Below, one piece after another: positions 1-8,859 of a stretch of DNA of 64,000 bases; position 1 is the stretch's first letter; every line of letters starts with the position of its first letter. The stretch is from an uncultured virus (IMG/VR IMGVR_UViG_3300003320_000433). Taxonomy: Duplodnaviria; Heunggongvirae; Uroviricota; Caudoviricetes. Location of the stretch: IMG/VR virus record IMGVR_UViG_3300003320_000433; one strand, given 5' to 3'. The position numbers and the translations under genes are program-made. Under the pieces are notes generated by a model. It did no database searches, was not told where the DNA came from, and worked only from the letters and a program-made list of their open reading frames with translations.

Positions 1-50
1 CGATCCGGCTCGACATGCGATCATCTGCGACATGATCGAGGAGGCCGGTC

Positions 51-311
51 GTGCCGATGTCGAACTCGGAGACAACATCGTCCTCGGATACAACTGAGCA
101 TCCAGGAGACCTCACAATCTCCGGTGCTCCGCATCGCGTAGGACAGTACCTGTACATACAGCGCGGCAGCCGAATGATCGCAGTCGCCAGATTCCTGAAT
201 GAGGACGCAATCGCCAACTTCAAGGAATGGGCGGAGGCGGTCTCAGATGCCGGCATGAGGATCAAATGGGTCGGTGATGGCGAAGAAGGGACTGGCGAGG
301 AACAGACGTAA
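51..311 (+). CDS. hypothetical protein
   Basis: 86-aa ORF with GAGGAGG upstream, in the rightward gene run. Confidence 0.55.
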   Translation: MPMSNSETTSSSDTTEHPGDLTISGAPHRVGQYLYIQRGSRMIAVARFLNEDAIANFKEWAEAVSDAGMRIKWVGDGEEGTGEEQT

Positions 312-777
312 ACTCGTAGCGCGAGACGGTCTGATATGCCAGGGATGTCGAATGGAATTCCCAAACGACAAGCTGACGATAGACCACATCCGTCCTCTGT
401 CAAAGGGCGGACACCCGCGAGCTCTGGGCAATCTACAGCTGATGTGTGAACCCTGTAACAACGACAAGGGCGACAGCTGGGACGGCAAGTCGGGGCTCGG
501 AGTTGACGACTGCAACAGGCGGAAGATGACCATCGAGGAACAGGCTCTCAATTGCCTGGAGAGCGCATACGCGGCCGTGGCCAGCGCGGTGCTGGAATCG
601 CGAGGCAACAAGTCGCTCCCCGAGCTGGTGTCGATCGGGGTTGCTGCGGCCATCGAGGCAATGCCCAACGGCTACATCGCGAATAGCGAGCTGGCCGCAA
701 GAATCCGGTCGGAGGGCTCCATGACGGAGATCTTCGCTCGGGAGATCGAGAAGAACGATCCTCTCTTCGGAGAGTAA
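274..777 (+). CDS. HNH endonuclease
   Basis: CQGC...TIDHIRPLSKGG...NLQLMCEPCNNDK matches the HNH signature. Confidence 0.9.
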   Translation: MMAKKGLARNRRKLVARDGLICQGCRMEFPNDKLTIDHIRPLSKGGHPRALGNLQLMCEPCNNDKGDSWDGKSGLGVDDCNRRKMTIEEQALNCLESAYAAVASAVLESRGNKSLPELVSIGVAAAIEAMPNGYIANSELAARIRSEGSMTEIFAREIEKNDPLFGE

Positions 778-787
778 GGAGCAGCAG

Positions 788-994
788 ATGCAGTGGCGCA
801 ATGATCGCGAGAAGGCTGTTGGCGTCGGCCTGGGATTCGTCATCACGGGTTCCGGCCGGAACGCTCGTCTGGTGAACCTCGTCTTCGACGAGAAGGACGC
901 CGACCACAACAGCCCGCGTCAGAGCCGTGTTCGTCCGGCTTCTCAGGCCGAGGTGAGCATGTGGCAGGTGCTCATCGGGAACAGGGCTCTGTGA
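788..994 (+). CDS. hypothetical protein
   Basis: AAGGAG RBS, packed between neighbours. Confidence 0.6.
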   Translation: MQWRNDREKAVGVGLGFVITGSGRNARLVNLVFDEKDADHNSPRQSRVRPASQAEVSMWQVLIGNRAL

Positions 995-1251
995 GCCCCG
1001 TGCCGATCGCAGACGCAACCAATGCACCCGTCCGCATCTGGGACGGTGGACCGTGGGACTTCTTCGAGGGCGAGGACTTCGACGAGGGCGAGTGGCCGAC
1101 GCTGGCTGTCGAGCTCCGAGCCATCGCGCAGCTCCTGGGAGGCCACGGCTCTGCGGTCGAGATCATCCATCGGAACAAGGACCTCACCATCAAGAAGAAG
1201 ACGTTCCGCTGGCGCTACATCGCCCGCTCAGGATGGAGAGGAGTTCTCTGA
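991..1251 (+). CDS. hypothetical protein
   Basis: GTGA overlap with the upstream stop. Confidence 0.55.
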   Translation: MSPVPIADATNAPVRIWDGGPWDFFEGEDFDEGEWPTLAVELRAIAQLLGGHGSAVEIIHRNKDLTIKKKTFRWRYIARSGWRGVL

Positions 1252-1860
1252 GTGGACTGGTCCTGGGCTGCAACAGAGCCGTCCGGAGGATCCAGCAACG
1301 GCATCCAGAGGCTTCGGGCCTCGGAGGACGACGATCTCTCGGCAGAGGCGTTCTCGTCTATCACCGCTGTTGACCCTGGAGGCTCTACGGGAATCTGCAC
1401 GGTCTGGTACTGGGCAGACGGTCTCGCTCAGCGAGACATCCCGCTTCAGCGATGCCTGTATGCATGGCAGGCTGCGTGTCTCAATGGCACTGAGAACGAA
1501 CAGACGTTGGAGATCCTGCGATGGTTCGCCAACCGGTCGTTCTGCCCCGAGAGGGCCGACATGGTCATCGAGGACTTCATCCTCAGGTCGGCCATCAAGG
1601 GACGAGAGCTGCTGTCGCCGGTTCGCATCGGTCACAAGGTGGACTACCAGCTCTGGCGTGGCCTGAAGGTGGCCAGCGGTCAGCGGGCTCAGTTCGAGCC
1701 GTACTGGCAGTCGCCCGGAGATGCCAAGTCGGTGATGACCGACCAGCGTCTCAAGATCATGGGCATGTACACACCTGGTCCTGATCATGCTCGGGATGCA
1801 ACCCGACACGCGATCATGTGGCTCCGCAAGCACAGGGTCGACCTGCTCAAGGCGGCCTGA
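1252..1860 (+). CDS. RuvC-like Holliday junction resolvase
   Basis: AVDPGGSTG, MVIEDF and DHARDATRH motifs of RNase H-fold resolvases. Confidence 0.75.
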   Translation: MDWSWAATEPSGGSSNGIQRLRASEDDDLSAEAFSSITAVDPGGSTGICTVWYWADGLAQRDIPLQRCLYAWQAACLNGTENEQTLEILRWFANRSFCPERADMVIEDFILRSAIKGRELLSPVRIGHKVDYQLWRGLKVASGQRAQFEPYWQSPGDAKSVMTDQRLKIMGMYTPGPDHARDATRHAIMWLRKHRVDLLKAA

Positions 1861-1967
1861 ATCGTAGGGACCGCCCGTCTGGTCATTTGCCGGGCGGTCC
1901 CTCTCGGGGTAAAATCTCGAGGTCCGAAAGAACTGAACACAAGAATGCAGACCAAGGAGTTAGGGCA

Positions 1968-3800
1968 ATGACCCAAGGAGTCTTCGAGACCGCCCTTGAG
2001 ATCATGCGGGATGCCGGCATCGAGCCGCGTCCGCGTCAGATCGACCTCATGCAGTACCTCAGCGAGAGCGGTGCTCGGTACGTCCAGGCTCCGACCGGTG
2101 TCGGCAAGTCCTTCGCCGCGATCGCCGTGGCAGCCGCGAACGCTGAGCTGACCGGCGACCACTCCATCATCATCGCTGCGGACAACACGCTGCTCGATCA
2201 GTACGCCGCCAAGGACCTGCCCCGCATGGCGCAGAGCGGCCGGTTCGAGTACGCAATCGTCAAGGGGCGTCGCCACTACGCGTGCGCGTCGGCCAACAAC
2301 GAGGACAACCCCGAGTACCAGGCGATGATGGACCGAGCGCTCTCCGTCGACCGGATGCGTGGCCCCGAGCAGGCCAAGCCCACCGGGGAGATCAACCCCT
2401 GCAACGGCGGTGGGCGCTGCGTCTCGTGCGCTGGCATCGGCGTGTGCGAGCGGGAGGACTGCGACCACGACGGAGGCATCTGCTGGGCCAAGCGGGCTCG
2501 CAAGCTCTCGCACGAGGCAGACGTCGTCCTCACCAACACCTCGCTGTGGCTGGTGAACTCCAACCTGTACGACCAGACCGACGGCATGGTGCAGCTCATC
2601 CCGTTCGGACAGGCGTTCGTGGACGAGGCTCAGCAGCTCCCGCAGACCGTGCGTGATTCGCTTGGCTGGGAGCTCTCCAAGACCTCCGGGCGCGTCCTCG
2701 GGCCGGATCTCTCCAAGGTTCTTCAGGAGGGCGTCGAGGCGGTCGTCGCCAAGTACATCGAGAGCGAGATCGCCGAGGGTCGGTCGGCTGACGCCAAGTC
2801 GCCGCAGAAGCGCTTCAAGGACCGGGCGCTCAGCGACAGCGAGCGTGCCGAGATGATCGCCATCCTGCGCGGACTGGAGCACGAGGTCAAGAACGACCCA
2901 CGCATCAGCGAGGAGGCCGACATCGACCCGGACGAGACCGAGAGCGCTCAGCAGTTCCTGGCTCGTCGGATCGCCGACCTGGACATCAAGCAAAAGGAGG
3001 AATGGGACAAGGGCTTCGGCCTCACGTGGATCGACCCGAGCGGCATCCACTGGGACGTGCTCAACGTCGGCGTGCATGTGCAGAACGCGTGCCGTCGCTG
3101 GCAGCCCAAGATGATCTCGGCCACGGTCCCTGCGTCGCTGCCGCGTCGCACCGGATACCCCAACTCCAAGCCGGACTTCATCCCGCAGATGTTCGACTGG
3201 CGTGGCGCGTGCGAGGGGCACGTCGTCGATGCCGGCATGGACCCCGGCGACTGGCAGAATCGGGGCTGGTTCGACCAGCGCTGGGAGACGCTCGCCGAGC
3301 ACATCGACACGACCGACGGAGGCGTGCTGATCCTGGCCACGTCCAACGTGGACGCCGACCGGCTGTACAATCTCGCTGCGAAGCGATACCAGGGTCGCCG
3401 CCTCGTGCTGTGCCAGGAGCCGGGTAACACGTCGGCGAACCCCGGTCTGGTGAAGGCGTTCAAGGAGGACGGTAACGCCATCCTCGTGGGCGTGGAGAGC
3501 TTCTGGAAGGGCGTCGACGTCCCCGGCAAGGCGCTCTCGCTCGTCGCCATCTGGAAGCTGCCCTACTCCGTTCCGACGCTGCTGCACAACGCGATCGGCG
3601 GGAAGACGCGTGACATGCAGTTCTCGTACAGCAACGAGTGCATGCACACCCGCCTCGTCCAGGGCATCGGCCGACTCCTCCGCAGCCAGGAGGACACCGG
3701 CAAGGTGGTCGTGTGCGACGGCCGGTTCCGTCGCGTCCTCCTGCGCGGCCCGATCCCGCAGATGTCCAAGCACCTCCCGCTCGTCTTCAAGAATGACTAG
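1968..3800 (+). CDS. DinG/XPD-family helicase
   Basis: QAPTGVGKS, KGRRHYAC, Cys cluster, VDEAQ, ISAT, FWKGVDVPG, QGIGRLLRS; AAGGAG RBS. Confidence 0.9.
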   Translation: MTQGVFETALEIMRDAGIEPRPRQIDLMQYLSESGARYVQAPTGVGKSFAAIAVAAANAELTGDHSIIIAADNTLLDQYAAKDLPRMAQSGRFEYAIVKGRRHYACASANNEDNPEYQAMMDRALSVDRMRGPEQAKPTGEINPCNGGGRCVSCAGIGVCEREDCDHDGGICWAKRARKLSHEADVVLTNTSLWLVNSNLYDQTDGMVQLIPFGQAFVDEAQQLPQTVRDSLGWELSKTSGRVLGPDLSKVLQEGVEAVVAKYIESEIAEGRSADAKSPQKRFKDRALSDSERAEMIAILRGLEHEVKNDPRISEEADIDPDETESAQQFLARRIADLDIKQKEEWDKGFGLTWIDPSGIHWDVLNVGVHVQNACRRWQPKMISATVPASLPRRTGYPNSKPDFIPQMFDWRGACEGHVVDAGMDPGDWQNRGWFDQRWETLAEHIDTTDGGVLILATSNVDADRLYNLAAKRYQGRRLVLCQEPGNTSANPGLVKAFKEDGNAILVGVESFWKGVDVPGKALSLVAIWKLPYSVPTLLHNAIGGKTRDMQFSYSNECMHTRLVQGIGRLLRSQEDTGKVVVCDGRFRRVLLRGPIPQMSKHLPLVFKND

Positions 3801-3810
3801 GAGCACAGAC

Positions 3811-4050
3811 GTGAGCAGGCAGCGCGAGATCCCTGAGTTGGTGTACCTCCTGGAGGCAGGAGCCAGCCATGCACAGGTGATCAACTACACCCAGAAGATC
3901 CTCGACTGGGCCGTGGAGACCGTGGCCACGACGCCCAGGCAGACGGTCACCGAGAGCGAGGCTCTGGTCAACGCGACCCGACGTCTCGTTGCCGGCAAGG
4001 AGCGACTGCTCGACACGGTCGGCCTCGGGACCGTTCCGGAAAAGCCGTAG
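3811..4050 (+). CDS. hypothetical protein
   Basis: AGGAG RBS before GTG; last gene before the convergent terminator. Confidence 0.6.
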   Translation: MSRQREIPELVYLLEAGASHAQVINYTQKILDWAVETVATTPRQTVTESEALVNATRRLVAGKERLLDTVGLGTVPEKP

Positions 4051-4156
4051 GAGCCCGCGTAACGGCCGAACGCGGCTCGGGTGGGCAAGGGGACCGACCC
4101 TGACCCGTTCGGCCGTTACGCGACCAGCTAGCCCTCATGCCGGCATCATAACGCCG

Positions 4157-4193
4157 AAGAGCCCCGCCTCCCTCTGTGGGAGACGGGGCTCTT
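4157..4193. terminator. intrinsic terminator between convergent arms
   Basis: AAGAGCCCCGCCTCCC...GGGAGACGGGGCTCTT hairpin followed by TGTGTTT. Confidence 0.75.
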
Positions 4194-4209
4194 TGTGTTT
4201 CCGGGGCTC

Positions 4210-4737
4210 TTACAGCTCGTGGGTCTCGCTGTAGTCCAGCAGCTTGGCGAAGGCTCCGAGGAAGTCGCCGCGACGCTGCTTCTTCTTGTCGGTGATCGCG
4301 ATGTTGCCCTTGACGAAGGAGCCGAAGAACATCCGGATCTGCGGGACCCAGGTGTACGTGTCAATCATCGCGTAGTCCTCCAGGCGAGCCTCCAGCCAGC
4401 CGACCTTCGTGGCCAGGACCGAGAGGAACTCGTGCGCGGCCTTGGTGCCAGAGACCTCGACCGTCCTCCAGCCCTTGTCCGTGCGGACCGCGAGGCGCAG
4501 ACTCTTCGGCTTGCCACCGAAGGAGGAGTTGTACATGTCGCACTCCTCCTGGGTCGGCCGGAACTCGGTGTCGTTGTACCGGGTGAAGTCCTCCGGGGCG
4601 ACCGGCAGGCGGAGCCGCATGGCGTCCACGAACGCGGTCTTGTCGATCGGGTGGTACCAGCCGTCCGTGTCGCCGATGCCACGGGAGACGTAGCCGGAGT
4701 AGGCGGCCTGCTCGAACTCAGCGGCGGTGGTGATCAT
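4210..4737 (-). CDS. hypothetical protein with its own early-type promoter
   Basis: CCCCAAGGAGG RBS; 175-aa ORF. Confidence 0.75.
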   Translation of the reverse strand: MITTAAEFEQAAYSGYVSRGIGDTDGWYHPIDKTAFVDAMRLRLPVAPEDFTRYNDTEFRPTQEECDMYNSSFGGKPKSLRLAVRTDKGWRTVEVSGTKAAHEFLSVLATKVGWLEARLEDYAMIDTYTWVPQIRMFFGSFVKGNIAITDKKKQRRGDFLGAFAKLLDYSETHEL

Positions 4738-4769
4738 GGGGAGCCTCCTTGGGGCCTTCGAGTTGTCCT

Positions 4770-4808
4770 GACGAGAAGAACTTTACCCCATGTCCATGCA
4801 GATCAAAA
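4770..4808 (-). promoter_or_regulatory. copy of the conserved phage promoter
   Basis: Minus strand TGGACATGGGG-TAAAGT matches the repeated motif at 37-46 kb. Confidence 0.55.
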
Positions 4809-4822
4809 CCTCTTCTGCAGAT

Positions 4823-5041
4823 TTACTGCCAGAGGATGTGCCAGAGGTACCAGCCGGAGAAGCCGACCCATGCGGCTCCGAACACCCACTTACCAGCGAT
4901 GGTGTCCGTCATGAACCACTTGCGTGTCGTGTCGGACAGGGTGTCCTTCCATCTCTTGGATCTGATGGCGGTCACCTCGTACACCAGGCCGCTGAACATC
5001 AGCAGCCCCCAGAAGACGTCCGCCTGTGTGCTGTCGCCCAT
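4823..5041 (-). CDS. small membrane protein
   Basis: Two hydrophobic Trp-rich segments; AAGGAGAGG RBS. Confidence 0.7.
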   Translation of the reverse strand: MGDSTQADVFWGLLMFSGLVYEVTAIRSKRWKDTLSDTTRKWFMTDTIAGKWVFGAAWVGFSGWYLWHILWQ

Positions 5042-5050
5042 CGCCTCTCC

Positions 5051-5902
5051 TTACGGCCACTCGACCACATAGCGCACCGACTTGCGCTCGGCGTCGAGAT
5101 CGATCGTTGTGTGGTCCTTGTAGCTGCGAGCACGGTCGTTGAGCTCGTCAGCGTTCATGGCCAGGATCTTCCGGGCTCGCTCCTCGACGGTGCCGTCCGG
5201 CATGGCACCCTTCCGGTGGTACCCGACGAACCCGGCGTGGTAAGCCCGAGGCACAGCCCCGTACATCGTCGGGATGCCCAGGTGCTCCTGCTGCCTGTGG
5301 AGCAAGCCGTCCTGCTCGGCGTGGCCAGCAGGGATGGCGGTGTTGGGGAAGTTCCGATGGCAGTAGCCGACCATGTCGTTGTAGTAGTCGCTCCCGATTC
5401 CGGCAAGCGAATACTCCAGAACGCTCCTTTGGAAGCTCACGCCGATGGACTGGTACGAGCCGTGCAGATACACCGCCTCGTCGTCCTGCTTGGGGTCCTG
5501 TCCGACGGGGAATTGCTGATTCCGACAGGCCGACACCGAGAAGGATTCTTCGAGCTCGTGGGCTCGCCGGTGGAAGTCGAAGTAGTCGTATCCGACGAGC
5601 ACATCCTCCTCAACGAGATGGATGAGGTCGAATCCGTCCGAGATTGCTTCCTTGTAGGACTCGATGACGTTGTAGCTGTTGCCCCGCGTCCTGTGCTGTC
5701 CGCTGTATCGGAGCTCCAGCTTGTTCTCGGCGACGCGAGAGTTGAACTGCTTGGCAGCCCATTCGGTCTCCGGGAAGTAGTGTCGGTCCAGGCACACACG
5801 AACAACAATGTCCTCGTTGTCTCGTGCAGTCCAGATCCGCGTGAGGGCGGCCCACAGGAACTCGGACCGCCGCCACGCAGGAACGAGAACGATCTCGCTC
5901 AT
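5051..5902 (-). CDS. GT-A fold glycosyltransferase
   Basis: IVLVPAWRR start and HLVEEDVLV (DxD-like); clustered with other GTs. Confidence 0.7.
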   Translation of the reverse strand: MSEIVLVPAWRRSEFLWAALTRIWTARDNEDIVVRVCLDRHYFPETEWAAKQFNSRVAENKLELRYSGQHRTRGNSYNVIESYKEAISDGFDLIHLVEEDVLVGYDYFDFHRRAHELEESFSVSACRNQQFPVGQDPKQDDEAVYLHGSYQSIGVSFQRSVLEYSLAGIGSDYYNDMVGYCHRNFPNTAIPAGHAEQDGLLHRQQEHLGIPTMYGAVPRAYHAGFVGYHRKGAMPDGTVEERARKILAMNADELNDRARSYKDHTTIDLDAERKSVRYVVEWP

Positions 5903-6456
5903 CACGAACTCCTGTATCGAGTGAAGCACACGCCACGTGGCGTGGGCAGGTAGAGGGGCGGCACGATGACGCCATCCGCAGCCAGCTTGTCGAGATCGCT
6001 CGCTATGGAGCCATGCGTAGCCGTGTCGTGGATTCCGAGCACGCATGCCGGACTGGCCCATTGCCTGAACCTTTGGATCTCCAACGGGCGGAGATACGGA
6101 AGCGAATCCAGCCACATGAAGTCGATGGGCTCGGTCGGCTCCCACAGGAGGCTCGATTCGGCAAGCACCGAGACAGGCAGCCCATCGCACCGTAGGACGG
6201 CCGTAGAGCGCCGTTCGGGATCGGGCTCAAGGGTTACGAGTCGGCCGTGTCCGTTGGCTGCGAGAGCGCGTCCTACGGCTTCGGCGGTCTGACCGAAGGC
6301 TGTGCCGGTCTCCAGCACAAAGCTCGGCTTGAGCGCGGTGATGAAGTCGGCGACGAGATCTGTGACCTGGTGCTCGGTGGACTCACCGTCGTCGGTCGTC
6401 CAGCGCTCTGGATGCGGACACTCCTTCCGAGGAGCAGTCCATTCGGATTCGAGCAT
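5902..6456 (-). CDS. class I SAM-dependent methyltransferase
   Basis: VLETGTAFG, LVTLE, DFMWLDS, LGIHDT motifs. Confidence 0.8.
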   Translation of the reverse strand: MLESEWTAPRKECPHPERWTTDDGESTEHQVTDLVADFITALKPSFVLETGTAFGQTAEAVGRALAANGHGRLVTLEPDPERRSTAVLRCDGLPVSVLAESSLLWEPTEPIDFMWLDSLPYLRPLEIQRFRQWASPACVLGIHDTATHGSIASDLDKLAADGVIVPPLYLPTPRGVCFTRYRSS

Positions 6457-6464
6457 CGCTCTCC

Positions 6465-7028
6465 TCAGAAGTCGACCGCGACAACGTCTGTCGCGTAGTT
6501 CGTGCCGGTGCGGCGCAGAGTCCTGTAGACGTGGCCGTGCTCGGTCAGCCATGGGATGATCTTGTCGCCCTTGAACACGTGCGGAGACGACAGGTTGACG
6601 TCGTCGAGCAGGAGCATGGCGTCCTTGGCCATGAGCCGCTTGGCGATCATGAACTCGTGCAGGATGAGGTTGCCCTCGTTGTCGCTGTCCAATAGGACGA
6701 CGTCGAACGACGGACGCGACTCCTTCGGGAGCTCCAGCATGCCGGCAAGGACGTCGACGGAGTAGCCCTGGTGCAGCGTGACGAACTCGCGCAGATGCGC
6801 GGCCGACAGCACGTTCTCTGCCGCTCCGATGAACAGATCGACACCGACGAGATCGCCGCCATTGTCGCGAACGTCCTCTGCGAACGTCAGAGTGGACCAG
6901 CCGTCGTTCTGCTGGTATTGCTCGCGCTCGTCCCGGATCGTTCCGGTCTCCAGGATGTTGAGCGCGGTCTTGCCCGTGCGCTCCCGGTAGGCGCTGAGCT
7001 CGATCCGCAGAAGCTCGCTCATGTGCAT
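6465..7028 (-). CDS. class I SAM-dependent methyltransferase
   Basis: ILETGT, LVGVD, FDVVLLDS, LLLDD motifs. Confidence 0.75.
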   Translation of the reverse strand: MHMSELLRIELSAYRERTGKTALNILETGTIRDEREQYQQNDGWSTLTFAEDVRDNGGDLVGVDLFIGAAENVLSAAHLREFVTLHQGYSVDVLAGMLELPKESRPSFDVVLLDSDNEGNLILHEFMIAKRLMAKDAMLLLDDVNLSSPHVFKGDKIIPWLTEHGHVYRTLRRTGTNYATDVVAVDF

Positions 7029-7933
7029 GAAAGTTCTCCCAGCAGCTGGATTGCAGTCTTACGGAATGCAGCATTCCGATCCGAGATGTGCTGCCGAGCC
7101 AGAGCCCCTCGCTTCTCACGCTCTTCGTGGCTCAGGTCGAGCGATGCACGAACAGCATTCGCGATGTCGTCTGGATCAACATCGTATTCCCGGACCATGT
7201 CACGAGCGTGGCTCGCAACCGGCTCGACAAGCATACCCCAATCGGGGTTCACTTGTTCATTCATGGGTGATGCATTGGTTGTGATTACAGACGCACCAGT
7301 CGACAAGCCCTCGGTGATATAGTGCCCCCACCCCTCGGCCCTGCTCGGACACAAATGCACATAGCACTCGTTCATGAGATGCTTGAGCTCGTCGCCGGGG
7401 ATCGCACGCCGAAGCGACACGTTCGGCGGAAGGTCCTCGACTGGATTGTTGGACACGATCACGAGCTCAGGCAGATCGGGATTCCGTCGCCATGCCTCCA
7501 GCACGGCCGGAGTGTTCTTCAGGTCGGAATGACCCTTGAGATGGAGCACCTTGTCCTCGCGAGCGACCGTCGGATCCCACATGTCCCTCGACAGGAAGCC
7601 GGTCAGATGCGTCCGCTTGTCGTGTCCGAGCGAGCGGAACACGGCGTCGGCCTCGGAGCTCTTGGCCCAGATCTGGTGCATGTTGTTGAGATAGCGTCGC
7701 CACTGGATCATGAACCACTCGGGGTTGAAGATGCCGACAGCGTGGCGCATCGCGGGCAGGAGTCGGGGCTGCAATAGCTCGATGTAGATTCCGACGTCAC
7801 ATTTCTCCATGCCTCGACAGGACCACTCAACGCGAATCACGTCGTGCCCCTCTTCGACGAGCATCTGCTCCAGCAGGCGCATGTCCGTGGACAAGCCAGC
7901 CCCGTTGTCCCTGCTGATCAGACTGATCTTCAC
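7019..7933 (-). CDS. GT-B (GT4-like) glycosyltransferase
   Basis: PSRAEGWGHYITEGLSTG has the ExxGxxxxE motif. Confidence 0.85.
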   Translation of the reverse strand: MKISLISRDNGAGLSTDMRLLEQMLVEEGHDVIRVEWSCRGMEKCDVGIYIELLQPRLLPAMRHAVGIFNPEWFMIQWRRYLNNMHQIWAKSSEADAVFRSLGHDKRTHLTGFLSRDMWDPTVAREDKVLHLKGHSDLKNTPAVLEAWRRNPDLPELVIVSNNPVEDLPPNVSLRRAIPGDELKHLMNECYVHLCPSRAEGWGHYITEGLSTGASVITTNASPMNEQVNPDWGMLVEPVASHARDMVREYDVDPDDIANAVRASLDLSHEEREKRGALARQHISDRNAAFRKTAIQLLGELSCT

Positions 7934-8859
7934 TTGAGAACCATCCTTGCTATCGACTCAAGCCGGTGGCGCCACATGTGCCGATCCCATGTTACCGCGA
8001 GAGCGGCCTCTCGCATTGCGGCCACGTCTGCATCCGACATGGAGTCGATCGCTTCACCCAGCCTGTCGAAGTCGAACCGGTCGAACAGGATCATGCTCCG
8101 GTCGTCATAGCCGTGCTCAGCCATCCCCGTGGTCCTAGGGTGTGCTAGGACGCCTCCGCGACCCATCGTGGTAGGAATCCGGTCAGACCAGTAGAACGGC
8201 GCTGGAGCGCTATCTCCGAGGGCGATGCGTGACTTGGCATAGAGCTGATTCAGATCCTCGCCATGCACACGATGATTGAGTCCGTAGTGCTTGAATGCTC
8301 GACCATATCGACGTGCAGCCCAGTTGAGAAGCTGCTGCCTGTGGTCGCCATGGATCCCTCTGGACGATGTTCCGACGAACACATATGGCGCTATGGCTCG
8401 TCCGCGACCAGGCTCTCGCAGGCCGAAGTGCTTGTCGCCTATTGCTGGTGGCATCCAGATATGGCGAATGCCGGCTGCAGAGAACTTGTCGTCGTGGCCG
8501 CCATCGGCCGTGAACACATATTGAGAAGAGAACCAGGGATTGCTGATCGGGTCGACCAGAGGCTCTCTGCTGTCAATTCCCCAGTACAGGTCCATGTGCA
8601 ATCCGACAGTCGTCGTTCCTGCGTCCTCGATCTTGCGGAGCATGGTCCACGGATCACCGGCCGGATCGCATCTGTTCATTCGCAACCACAAGAAGATGTC
8701 GCACCGTCCTGCCTCGCGTGCGACATCCTCCGGATCGGCGCTCTGCGCTTCTCTGTAGACGACATCCCAGCCCAGACGCTCGGCCGAATCCTTGATGTCG
8801 AATCGCCATCTGTTCCCTCGGAAGTCGTTGTTGCTTCCGAGTATATAGATCTTGATCAT
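7930..8859 (-). CDS. CgeB-like GT-B glycosyltransferase
   Basis: VFVGT, HGEDLNQLYAKSRIALG, YWSDRIPTTMGRGG and HMWRHR resemble Glyco_trans_1_2. Confidence 0.75.
   Translation of the reverse strand: MIKIYILGSNNDFRGNRWRFDIKDSAERLGWDVVYREAQSADPEDVAREAGRCDIFLWLRMNRCDPAGDPWTMLRKIEDAGTTTVGLHMDLYWGIDSREPLVDPISNPWFSSQYVFTADGGHDDKFSAAGIRHIWMPPAIGDKHFGLREPGRGRAIAPYVFVGTSSRGIHGDHRQQLLNWAARRYGRAFKHYGLNHRVHGEDLNQLYAKSRIALGDSAPAPFYWSDRIPTTMGRGGVLAHPRTTGMAEHGYDDRSMILFDRFDFDRLGEAIDSMSDADVAAMREAALAVTWDRHMWRHRLESIARMVLK

Noticed and set aside
1785..3884. Long antisense ORFs (also 51142-52725, 45355-46821, 22140-23414, 41159-42523)
   Set aside because: Shadow frames of real genes in high-GC DNA, with no RBS or motifs.
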